DNA of 64,000 bases from an uncultured Pseudomonadota bacterium (GCA_963847705.1 CAWKBC010000021.1:192001-256000), one strand, 5' to 3'; positions 1 to 8,105 are shown, numbered from the stretch's first letter. Numbers and translations: made by a program. The notes: generated by a model not told the origin, from the sequence alone.

Positions 1-555
1 GCGCGTGGCGCCGAGCCCGATGTTGTGCGGGAAGACAGTGGCCCCCTTCACCGGTCCGACGCCGTGCACGACGTCGAGGCCGTAGATGATCGGGATCTTG
101 AGGCGGCTGGAGAACGACGCCGTCCGAAACCCGTCGACCATGTCGGCCCACCCGGTGGGCGTGTTGGTGGCGGGGGCCGAGCCCCCCTGGCTGTAGACGG
201 AGCCGACGCCGTAGGTGGTGATGTCCGACGCGCTGACGTTGGCGCGCTCGATCTGCTGCATCTGCGCCAGCTTCTCGTCGGAGGTCATGGTGGCGAGGAG
301 CGCGCTGGCCTTGTCCAGGCAGGCCTGGGTCGGGAAGACGCGCGCGGTGCCGGCGTCGGGGGTGCCGAGCGCGCCTGCCACGTTGCCGGTGCCGGAGTAG
401 CCGCCGTCGAGCGGCGGAATGTAGTACCCGCCGGCGCCGGTGGAGCCGCCGGTGCTGCCACCGCTCCCGCCCTGCCCGGCGGGTTTGGACGCGCAGGCGA
501 TCGGGAGGGACGCCGAAAGAAGGACCAAGGGAAGGACCAAGCCAGGACGCGACAT
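1..555 (-). CDS. Glycoside hydrolase family 3 (beta-glucosidase-like) lipoprotein; continues beyond the left edge
   Basis: Manual translation (not in ORF track): MSRPGLVLPLVLLSASLPIAC lipobox, Gly linker, then MTSDEKLAQMQQ, RLKIPIIYGLDVVHG and ATVFPHNIGLGATR, typical GH3 N-domain motifs. Confidence 0.9.
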   Translation of the reverse strand, partial: MSRPGLVLPLVLLSASLPIACASKPAGQGGSGGSTGGSTGAGGYYIPPLDGGYSGTGNVAGALGTPDAGTARVFPTQACLDKASALLATMTSDEKLAQMQQIERANVSASDITTYGVGSVYSQGGSAPATNTPTGWADMVDGFRTASFSSRLKIPIIYGLDVVHGVGPVKGATVFPHNIGLGATR

Positions 556-558
556 CGC

Positions 559-975
559 TCAAATGTACACCCTGGGATCCGTCAGGGGGCGGGTCGCGGA
601 CAGTCGGGAGCCAGCGCGCATGGGGACCTCCTTGAACGTGACGTGGATGCTCTCCGCGCTGCGTGGAGCCTTGGCGTCCGCCGTGCGGACCGTCCCGTCG
701 GGTGCGAACGCCCTTGCGATGCTGCCGCGATCCTCGACCTCGCGGACCGAGTCCCCGAACGCGCCCCACAGATCGATGTGAGGGCGCCGCGCTTCGACCG
801 TGATCGCCAGCGGCGCGATCCGGTGCAGGTAGAGGTGCTACGGCACGTTCGCCAGATCGGCGCCGTGGTTCCGCGGCATGTCGCCGATCGCGACCGCGAC
901 GAGAATCAGCAGCGAGCCGAGGCAACCTACGCGCCCGCGCGGCCGGGGCGGCGGATCGACGGGCCGGTCTCGCAT
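559..975 (-). pseudogene. Small membrane-anchored hypothetical ORF interrupted by an in-frame TAG at 838-840
   Basis: ATG 975, hydrophobic LGSLLILVAVAI; high-GC3 frame continues past the TAG to TGA at 559-561. Confidence 0.35.
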
Positions 976-1040
976 GGGGCGTATTTTCGTCGAGGCGGGG
1001 GGGGGCGTGTCGAGGCGGGGCCGCGATGTCATTGCCATCG

Positions 1041-2915
1041 TCATTGACACGGCACGCCCGGGGTCTCCTGGACGATCAGCGCCCATCTCCCCTTCCGCCC
1101 AGCCACTGCCTGACAGACGGTTGCTCCGCGCGCCTCCAGCTCTTGCACCCTCTGTCGGAGACTGGGATCGACCTTCTTGCTCATCGCCACGCTTCGGCTC
1201 CCGACGATCATCCACTCGCCGCTCGGCCCAACGCTCACGTCGACGATACGACCATCCGACGAAGCCCTCGACACGGCATCTTGGAGCTCACGGCCATCCT
1301 CGTTCATGACCGTGGCGTGACCGTCAGCGTACACGGAGACGGAAGGCGATCCCGAGAGATCCCCGTCGGCGTCGTCAGGGACAATTTCGAACAGCTTCAG
1401 GTATGAAGAACCGTCGGCGGCCCGAGCCGAAAAGACGTCCTCCGGAAAACTCTCGCTCCTGAACAGCCTGCCGTCAGACGTCAGGATCAACCACGAGCCA
1501 TCCACGGCGAGCTCTGGACGCACGATGGTCTTCAGCTGTTCCCTGTCGCTCATGTGAGCCACGAAGGCCGCTGGAAGGTGCGCCGACTTCGACATCGTGC
1601 GATCCGACCAGAACAGGAACCACTCGCCGTCCGACGGAAGGTCGAGTGCTCCGTGGGTGAGGACGGCCTTCTTCGATAAGCCCTCGTTCAACGCCTTCAG
1701 CGCACCCTCGGGGAAGCCCGGCGCAGCCACCACCGTCAGCGCAGATTCCTTCACCGATGACACCGCGGCGGCGGGCGCCATCGGCTGGGGCGCATGAACG
1801 GCGACCAGCGAGGCTGTTGCAGGCGTCGGACCTCTGGCGACCACCGAGGCCGTTGCGGGCGTCGGACCGGAGACCGCGCGACCTCTGAGAAAAATGAGTC
1901 CCAGCACGACGGCCGCCGCCAGAGCGGGGACCGCCAGGCGTGCCCGCGATCGCAGCCGTTTCTGAGGGGCATCTTCGACCTTCGCCGATGATTCCAGCGC
2001 CCGGGCGTACTGGGTCACGGTGCGGGATGACGTCCCGAGAGAGTCCGCCAACCGTCCTTGCCCGCGATACGGTGCTCCAGTCTCCCGGCGCAAATGGTGA
2101 TCCGTCGAAAGCGCTTGAAGCCTTCGACACACCTCCTCGGCATTCTGCGGACGCAGGTCCGGGTTTTCATCGAGACACGAGAGCAGCAGATTCGTGAGCG
2201 CCTCCGGAACACCGCGCCGGAGCAAGCTGGTCCCGACCGGCAGCTCGGAAGATCCTCCGGAGATGCCCGTCTGCCGGGGGTCAGACCGAGGAGGCAATCG
2301 CCCCACGATCATCTCGAACATGATGGCGCCGACCGAGTAGATGTCCGCTGCCGGCGTCACATCCGCCGAGTTCCGCCACTGCTCGAAGGGGGCGTAGGAG
2401 ATGTTTCCGACGAAGTCCCCTGTCTGAGTCAGCTCACTTCCCGTGACCTTGGCAACGCCGAAATCGAGGAGCTTGATGGTTCCATCATTGAGGATGAAGA
2501 TGTTCGAGGGTTTCAGATCCCGGTGAACGATGCCGCGCGTGTGAGCCAGGGCCAGCGCATCCGTCACGGGGATCATCACGCTCATGACCTCTCCGAGCGA
2601 GTAACGACCGTTTGCACGGCTGCCGTTCAACTCTTTGAGGGTCTGACCAAGCAGGAGCTCCATTGCCATGTACGGCACGTCGCCGTCGATCCCGCAATCG
2701 AGGACACGTACGATCCCGGGATGTTCGAGACTGGCGGTCGCCTGTGCCTCTCGAAGAAATCTTTCTCTGAACACGGGATCCGACTGCGGTTCCAGAACCT
2801 TCACCGCGGCCTCACGGTCGAGGAAGCGATGCCTGGCCTGAAAGACGCCCGCCTGCGCGCCCTTGCCGATCCGACGGCCGAGCAGAAAGTTACCTACGAT
2901 TGCGCCCTCTTGCAT
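1041..2915 (-). CDS. Membrane-anchored Hanks-type Ser/Thr protein kinase
   Basis: AVKVL, HRDLKPSN, DFG, DIYSVG motifs; TM segment LAVPALAAAVVLGLIFL; C-terminal extracytoplasmic domain. Confidence 0.9.
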   Translation of the reverse strand: MQEGAIVGNFLLGRRIGKGAQAGVFQARHRFLDREAAVKVLEPQSDPVFRERFLREAQATASLEHPGIVRVLDCGIDGDVPYMAMELLLGQTLKELNGSRANGRYSLGEVMSVMIPVTDALALAHTRGIVHRDLKPSNIFILNDGTIKLLDFGVAKVTGSELTQTGDFVGNISYAPFEQWRNSADVTPAADIYSVGAIMFEMIVGRLPPRSDPRQTGISGGSSELPVGTSLLRRGVPEALTNLLLSCLDENPDLRPQNAEEVCRRLQALSTDHHLRRETGAPYRGQGRLADSLGTSSRTVTQYARALESSAKVEDAPQKRLRSRARLAVPALAAAVVLGLIFLRGRAVSGPTPATASVVARGPTPATASLVAVHAPQPMAPAAAVSSVKESALTVVAAPGFPEGALKALNEGLSKKAVLTHGALDLPSDGEWFLFWSDRTMSKSAHLPAAFVAHMSDREQLKTIVRPELAVDGSWLILTSDGRLFRSESFPEDVFSARAADGSSYLKLFEIVPDDADGDLSGSPSVSVYADGHATVMNEDGRELQDAVSRASSDGRIVDVSVGPSGEWMIVGSRSVAMSKKVDPSLRQRVQELEARGATVCQAVAGRKGRWALIVQETPGVPCQ

Positions 2916-3006
2916 CGATGTCCCCGGGGTCGCTGCTCCTGCTGGTGGAAGCGTAGCAGAGACGCCCAGCGTGGCCCGGAGCCCGGCCGTATAGACTCAC
3001 GGGCCT

Positions 3007-3981
3007 GTGTCCGCGCGCCGGCCCCTGCCTCCTTACGATCCCCAGCTGGCCCTCCTCGCGAAATCCGCGCCCGAGGGTGACGGGTGGCTCCACGAGGTCA
3101 AGTTCGACGGCTTCCGGATCGGAGCCGCCGTCGAGCACGGCCGGGCGACGCTGCTTTCGCGGCGCGCGAAGGACTGGACGGCGGAGTTTGCCTCCGTCGC
3201 CGCGGCCGCGGCGCGGCTGGGGGCGAAGAGCGTTTTACTGGACGGTGAGGTTGCCGCCGTCGGGAGTGACGGCCGCACCTCGATGGGCGGGATGCACGAG
3301 GGCTCCAACGGATCCACGATCGCGTACTTCGTCTTCGACTTGATTCACCTCGACGGCGAAGACCTGACCGGGCGGCCCATCGAAGAGCGAAAGGCGCGCC
3401 TCCGGGACCTGCTGGGCCGCGCACCGCCCGTGCCGCTTCGTTATGTCGACCACGTCGTCGGCGGCGGCCCCGCGTTCTTCGAGGAGGCCTGCCTCCACCG
3501 CCTCGAAGGAATCATCTCCAAGGCGGCCGGGTCGACCTATCGCCCCGGCTCCCGGAACGCGACCTGGCAGAAGGTGAAGTGCGTCCTCCGGCAGGAGTTC
3601 GTGATCGGCGGCTACGAGCATTCGACGGTCGGAACCCTGGGCGCGCTCTGGCTCGGCTACTACCTCCCGGACGGCAGCCTGGAGTTCGCGGGGAAGGTCG
3701 GCACCGGTTTTCAGCGCGAGTCGGCCGGTTTGCTGAAGGCGTTCAAGAAGCTGGAACGCGACACCCCCCCGTTCGGTCCGGGGCTACCGACGGGCTTCCG
3801 GGTGCGGGACGCGGTGTGGCTCGAGCCGACGATGGTCTGCGAGGTCGAGTTCATGGAGTGGACCGGGCACGGCCACATCAGGCATCCGTCGTATCAGGGG
3901 CTGCGGCCGGACAAGGAGCCGGGCCAGGTGGTGCGGGAGGTTGCGGGGAAGGTGCCGGTGTTGCCGAAGGGGTTGCGGTAA
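3007..3981 (+). CDS. ligD: ATP-dependent DNA ligase, stand-alone LigD ligase domain (NHEJ-type)
   Basis: EVKFDGFR adenylation motif, LDGEV, FDL, EGIISK, WQKVK, QEFVIGG, GKVGTGF, IRHPSYQGLRPDK. Confidence 0.85.
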   Translation: MSARRPLPPYDPQLALLAKSAPEGDGWLHEVKFDGFRIGAAVEHGRATLLSRRAKDWTAEFASVAAAAARLGAKSVLLDGEVAAVGSDGRTSMGGMHEGSNGSTIAYFVFDLIHLDGEDLTGRPIEERKARLRDLLGRAPPVPLRYVDHVVGGGPAFFEEACLHRLEGIISKAAGSTYRPGSRNATWQKVKCVLRQEFVIGGYEHSTVGTLGALWLGYYLPDGSLEFAGKVGTGFQRESAGLLKAFKKLERDTPPFGPGLPTGFRVRDAVWLEPTMVCEVEFMEWTGHGHIRHPSYQGLRPDKEPGQVVREVAGKVPVLPKGLR

Positions 3982-4075
3982 CCACACGACACCAGCAGGC
4001 CCAGATCGCCGTTTCGCGAGCTCATCTGAAGGTCTGGAAGGCGCGGCAGAAGGGATGACAGCTCGCTTTCTCGCT

Positions 4076-4104
4076 TTGACGATATTGGCTTTATCCAATA
4101 TTGT
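4076..4104 (+). promoter_or_regulatory. Sigma70-like promoter overlapped by a palindromic operator
   Basis: TTGACG-N17-TATTGT; inverted repeat ATATTGG-N6-CCAATAT (4082-4101), directly upstream of an HTH gene. Confidence 0.65.
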
Positions 4105-4125
4105 TATCTGAGTGAGAGATCGACG

Positions 4126-4422
4126 ATGGCGACCAAGTTCAGCGATTTCATGGCTGAGTTGAAGCGCGAGGCGGAGGCGGAGGCGGAGGGGCCCGAGGCG
4201 GTCGCTGAGCTGAAGCACTTTCGCGAGCGCTATCGCCTCGCCCGTCGCTTCGCCGAGGCGCGTCGGAGGCGCGGCTGGACGCAGAAGAAGCTGGCCCAGA
4301 AGACAGGCCTCAACCAGAGCGAGATCTCGACGTTCGAAAACGGTCAGGCGAATCCCACCTACCGGACGCTTCAGACACTCGCAGCGGCGCTGGGTGGGAA
4401 GATCGAGCTGGTCATCGGGTAG
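4126..4422 (+). CDS. XRE/HigA-like HTH protein (apparently orphan antitoxin)
   Basis: RRRRGWTQKKLAQKTGLNQSEISTFENGQANPT HTH_3 signature; HigA-like N-terminus. Confidence 0.8.
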   Translation: MATKFSDFMAELKREAEAEAEGPEAVAELKHFRERYRLARRFAEARRRRGWTQKKLAQKTGLNQSEISTFENGQANPTYRTLQTLAAALGGKIELVIG

Positions 4423-4487
4423 GGATCGAAGTTCGCGGAGGGATTTGAGGGGGCCTGGTAAAGGGGCCGGCTATAATCGTTCGCGAA

Positions 4488-4718
4488 ATGACGATCCTGC
4501 GCGGGCACGTCGAAGGCGGCCGAGTCGTCCTCGACGAGGAGTGCGATTTGCCGGAAGGGGCGCAGGTCGAGATCGCGGTCCTGAGCGAAGAGGATGAGAT
4601 GACACCGGAAGAGCGGGCGGAGCTCTTGGCCTCGATCGATCGCGGCCTCGACCAGGCGGCGCGGGGCGAAGGAATACTCGCCGAAGAAGTCCTGCGGCAT
4701 CTGCGCTCGCTCGGATGA
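4488..4718 (+). CDS. Small antitoxin-like protein (DUF104-like N-terminus, addiction-module-like C-terminus)
   Basis: LRGHVEGGRVVLDEECDLPEGAQVEI...IDRGLDQAARGEGILAEEVL. Confidence 0.6.
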   Translation: MTILRGHVEGGRVVLDEECDLPEGAQVEIAVLSEEDEMTPEERAELLASIDRGLDQAARGEGILAEEVLRHLRSLG

Positions 4719-4918
4719 GATCCCGGCGGCGGCTGGCAGCCGACAACGGCGCGCGCCGCGAATCCGCCTTCAGGACGCGCCGTAGCCCGAGCCAGATCTA
4801 GCCGTCCTGATCTCAGGCAACCCGGCACGCGGTCGGTACGAAAACCGCAGGACTTCACTGCGACGACCGAGTCCGTAGACAGGTGGCCAACGATGTGTAA
4901 TATTTTTGGTACGGGATC

Positions 4919-5305
4919 TTGGTGACCCGTCGAACCCAGCCCGTCCTGGGGGTGCGGTTCTACCGGACGCCGACAGGAGCTCGTCCAGTGCGGGACTGGC
5001 TCTTGTCCCTATCGAGAGAGGTACGACGAGAAATTGGCGCCGACATCGGGAGAGCTCAATGGCAATGGCCGGTGGGAAAACCCCTGGTCGACGGGTTCGG
5101 CGGCGGCCTCTACGAAGTCCGGACGTCGCACGAGGGTGAGCAGTACCGCGTGCTCGTCTACGTCGATGGCGACGCGTTGGTCCTGGTCCACGGCGAGTCA
5201 ACCCGGGGGACGATGGTGCTCGTGCATGGGATTCACAAGAAGACGCAGAGGACGCCGGCCGCGGCGATCGCGCTCGCGCGGAAGCGCATGAAGGAACGGA
5301 CATGA
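4919..5305 (+). CDS. RelE/ParE-superfamily toxin (Gp49/DUF891-like)
   Basis: FYRTPTGARPVRDWL, WPVGKPLV, GLYEVR, HGIHKKTQRTP; ATGA overlap with the downstream HTH gene. Confidence 0.85.
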   Translation: MVTRRTQPVLGVRFYRTPTGARPVRDWLLSLSREVRREIGADIGRAQWQWPVGKPLVDGFGGGLYEVRTSHEGEQYRVLVYVDGDALVLVHGESTRGTMVLVHGIHKKTQRTPAAAIALARKRMKERT

Positions 5306-5628
5306 AGAGGCAAACCAAGGACGAGCTCGCAGAGATGTTCGAGGAGCTCGGCGAGCTCGAGGAGGTTCGAGCGCTCACGCGGAAGAAGGTCCTCGCCGAC
5401 GGGCTCCGGAAGGCGATGAAGTCGCAGAAGGTCACGCCTGCCGAGATGGCCCGGCGCATGGGGACGAGCCGGCCGACCGTGTACCGGTTGCTCGACCCCG
5501 CGGAGCGTGGGGCGACGCTGGACACCCTGGAACGGGCGTCACTCGCGCTGGGCCTCGATCTCCAGATCAGGCTGGTGCCGGCGGGTAGGCCGAAGGGACG
5601 CCGACAGTCCAGCCGCCGCGCCGCGTAG
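5302..5628 (+). CDS. HTH antitoxin, cognate of the upstream toxin
   Basis: AEMARRMGTSRPTVYRLLDP...TLDTLERASLALG; coupled to the toxin. Confidence 0.85.
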   Translation: MKRQTKDELAEMFEELGELEEVRALTRKKVLADGLRKAMKSQKVTPAEMARRMGTSRPTVYRLLDPAERGATLDTLERASLALGLDLQIRLVPAGRPKGRRQSSRRAA

Positions 5629-5632
5629 GCGA

Positions 5633-5661
5633 TTGCCCCCGCCTTGCGCCGCGGCTATGCT
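5633..5661 (+). promoter_or_regulatory. Sigma70-like promoter for the uORF/release-factor locus
   Basis: TTGCCC (5633-5638)-N17-TATGCT (5656-5661); +1 predicted near 5668. Confidence 0.6.
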
Positions 5662-5667
5662 CGAACT

Positions 5668-5721
5668 GTGAAGTCAGCGCTCCGGATCGGCCTGTTCGCC
5701 TCCTCGCAGCCGCGCTATTAG
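5668..5721 (+). CDS. Putative leaderless leader peptide MKSALRIGLFASSQPRY*
   Basis: GTG at the predicted TSS; TAG lies in a GCCGCG..CGCGGC hairpin; contains CTCCTCGC (5700-5707), complementary to the downstream SD region GCGAGGAG (5776-5783). Confidence 0.5.
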   Translation: MKSALRIGLFASSQPRY

Positions 5722-5789
5722 CCGCGGCGACGTCGGCGATCCGTCTGTCGAGCGCCAGAGTGAGAGTCGTTTCACGCGAGGAGTGCCCC

Positions 5790-6484
5790 ATGTCCGTCAC
5801 GTCCGTTCCGTCCGTCATCGTCGAGATCCGCGCCGCCGAAGGGGGCGAGGACGCCAAGTCCCTGGTCGACGAGCAGCTGCGCATCTACGCCCGCCGCGCG
5901 CTCCACCACGGTCTTTGACCTGGAGGTCGTCGAGGCGCGGCGGGGCCTCTGCGTCCTGCGCGTGAGCGACCGAGGAGGGGCGCGCGCCGAGCCCCTGTTC
6001 CGCGACGAGGCCGGCGGCCACCGCTGGCAGCGCGTCCCGCGCAACGAGAAGCGCGACCGCGTCCACACCAGCACCATCACCGTCGCCGTGCTCCCCGAGC
6101 CAACGGAGGTGGAGGTGCGCGTCGCGGAGCGGGATCTGGAGTGGTCGACCTGCTACGGCACCGGCCCCGGCGGCCAGAAGCGCAACAAGACCGAGTCGAC
6201 GGTGCTGCTGACGCATCGGCCGTCGGGGTTGCAGGTGCGGTGCGAGACGTCGCGCTCGCAGCAGCGGAACCGGGTCGTGGCGCTGGGGTTGTTGCGGGCG
6301 CGGCTGTGGGCGCTGGAGGCGGCGCGGGTGGGGGAGGCGCGCGCGGCGGAGCGGCGGGGGCAGGTGGGGTCGGGGATGCCGGGGGACAAGCGGCGGACGG
6401 TTCGGGCGCAGGACGGGACGGTGGTGGACCACGTCGCGGGGAGGCGGTGGGAGCTAAGGGGGGTATTTGAGGGGGGCTTGGTAA
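5790..6484 (+). CDS. Short class-I peptide chain release factor homologue (RF1-like, no domain 1) with a putative +1 frameshift at CTT-TGA-C (5913-5919)
   Basis: SD GAGGAG + ATG 5790: VEIRAAEGGEDAK...; +1 frame: EAGGHRWQRVPRNEKRDRVHTSTITVAVLP, GPGGQKRNKTESTV, CETSRSQQRNR, GDKRRT. End is TAA 6482-6484 if the G6 run is G5, otherwise 6624. Confidence 0.85.
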
Positions 6485-6553
6485 ATGGGGCGCACTCAGC
6501 TAGAGACGTCGAGGACAGCGAGGGTCCGTTCGCAGTACTATCAGCCCGCCGTT

Positions 6554-7495
6554 GTGAAGGTCTACGTCGCCGTCACCGACAAGGACTGGTTTCAGTTTCT
6601 TGGCCGCCTCAAGGAGCGGCGTGAGGCGGCGGGGGACACGTTAGACGAAGTGAATTTCTGGCAACCCGGGGGAAAGCAGCTCTTCAAGGCGCAGCAGCCT
6701 GGGGATCTCTTCCTCTTCAAACTGCACAGCCCCGACAACTTCATCGTCGGTGGAGGGTACTTCGGGCACGCGTCGCTGCTGCCTGCGCCTCTCGCGTGGG
6801 AGGCCTTCGGGCAGATGAACGGCGCCGTCTCTTTCGATGAGATGCAGATGCGGATCGCGAAGTACCGCCGGATCTCGGACGTCCGCGAGCACTTCACGGT
6901 CGGGTGCATCCTGCTGCAGAGCCCATTCTTCCTGGAACCGTCCCGTTGGATTCCCGCGCCGACGGACTTTCACCTCAATATCGTGCAGGGGAAGGGCTAT
7001 GACGGTTCCTCGTCGGAAATGCAGCGCGTGGTAGCTGCGCTCGGAGCGCCGGGCTTGACCGGGCTGCCGATCGGATTGGCCGAGGTCGATGGACCTATGT
7101 TCGGCGATCCGACGCTGGTTCGTCAGCGCCTAGGCCAAGGAACATTCCGCGTGCTGGTCACGGACACGTACGAACGGCGATGCGCGATCACGCGAGAACG
7201 CACGCTCCCGACGCTCGAAGCTGCTCACATCCTGCCCGTCGGCGAGGGGGGGAGGCACCGCGTGGACAACGGCCTTCTGTTTCGGTCGGATGTGCACCGG
7301 CTCTTCGACGCTGGTTACGTGACCGTCACACCCGACTACCGCTTTCGCGTCAGCAGCAGAATCAAGAAGGAGTTCGAAAATGGGAAGGAGTACTACGCGA
7401 TTGACGACCGGCCGCTGTGGCTTCCTGCCAATCCAGCCCTGCAGCCGAACAAGGAGTTTCTCTCCTGGCACTCGGAGGCGCGATTCGTGGGATAG
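6554..7495 (+). CDS. HNH endonuclease with N-terminal putative modified-DNA-binding domain (putative restriction endonuclease)
   Basis: VAVTDKDW, EVNFWQP, FLFKLHSP; RLGQGTFR, CAIT, LEAAHI, NGLLFRSDVHRLFDAG. Confidence 0.85.
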   Translation: MKVYVAVTDKDWFQFLGRLKERREAAGDTLDEVNFWQPGGKQLFKAQQPGDLFLFKLHSPDNFIVGGGYFGHASLLPAPLAWEAFGQMNGAVSFDEMQMRIAKYRRISDVREHFTVGCILLQSPFFLEPSRWIPAPTDFHLNIVQGKGYDGSSSEMQRVVAALGAPGLTGLPIGLAEVDGPMFGDPTLVRQRLGQGTFRVLVTDTYERRCAITRERTLPTLEAAHILPVGEGGRHRVDNGLLFRSDVHRLFDAGYVTVTPDYRFRVSSRIKKEFENGKEYYAIDDRPLWLPANPALQPNKEFLSWHSEARFVG

Positions 7496-7504
7496 GGTCG
7501 GCCC

Positions 7505-7849
7505 ATGACACCCCTCGACGAGCTTCGCGGAGAGCTTCGAGCTTTCGTAACGGCACGCGACTGGGAACAGTTCCACGACCCGAAAAATCTGGCCATGCTG
7601 GTGGCGTCAGAAGCCGGGGAGCTGGTGGCGGAGTACCGATGGATCCGAAGCGACGAGGCGGACGCTCACTCTCGCGAGCCGGCAACGCGCGAACGGATTG
7701 CAGCGGAGGTAGCCGATGTGGGGATCGGACTGCTGCTTCTATGCGAAAGGATCGGGTTGGATCTGGTGGAGGTGATGCGGGCGAAGGTGGCTAAGAATGC
7801 CGAGCGGTATCCGGCGGAGGCGGCGCGGGGACGGGCGGAGCGACCATAG
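7505..7849 (+). CDS. MazG-like nucleotide pyrophosphohydrolase (dCTPase-like)
   Basis: RDWEQFHDPKNLAMLVASEAGEL...EVADV...KNAERYP. Confidence 0.9.
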   Translation: MTPLDELRGELRAFVTARDWEQFHDPKNLAMLVASEAGELVAEYRWIRSDEADAHSREPATRERIAAEVADVGIGLLLLCERIGLDLVEVMRAKVAKNAERYPAEAARGRAERP

Positions 7850-7868
7850 GGTGGAGTGACGAGAGTCT

Positions 7869-8105
7869 TCAGGTTTCTGAAGCAATCAGATCAAGGAACT
7901 CGAGCACAGTTAGACCGCATGCCAGGGCAGCACCCTCGAGGAATCCGCCTGCGTACGCGGCCGACGCTGGCAAGGTTTCCAGGTTCTCGACGACGCGTGT
8001 GCCGAAAAGAGCATCGGCATCTACCCCGGTGACCGTGGTCAGAGTGTTGAGCGCTTCTTCGACGGCTTCACGGAGTTCCATGGGAACGGGAGGTGTGGTG
8101 TCCAT
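7869..8105 (-). CDS. Hypothetical 78-aa acidic helical protein
   Basis: ATG 8105; fills the gap between the MazG-like and helicase genes. Confidence 0.45.
   Translation of the reverse strand: MDTTPPVPMELREAVEEALNTLTTVTGVDADALFGTRVVENLETLPASAAYAGGFLEGAALACGLTVLEFLDLIASET

Noticed and set aside
5916-5918. Selenocysteine or readthrough at the release-factor TGA
   Set aside because: Release-factor homology continues in the +1 frame, not frame 0.
5790-6484. Calling the gene prfB, prfA or prfH
   Set aside because: It has no SPF motif, no domain 1, an RF1-like loop without PxT and no adjacent rtcB.
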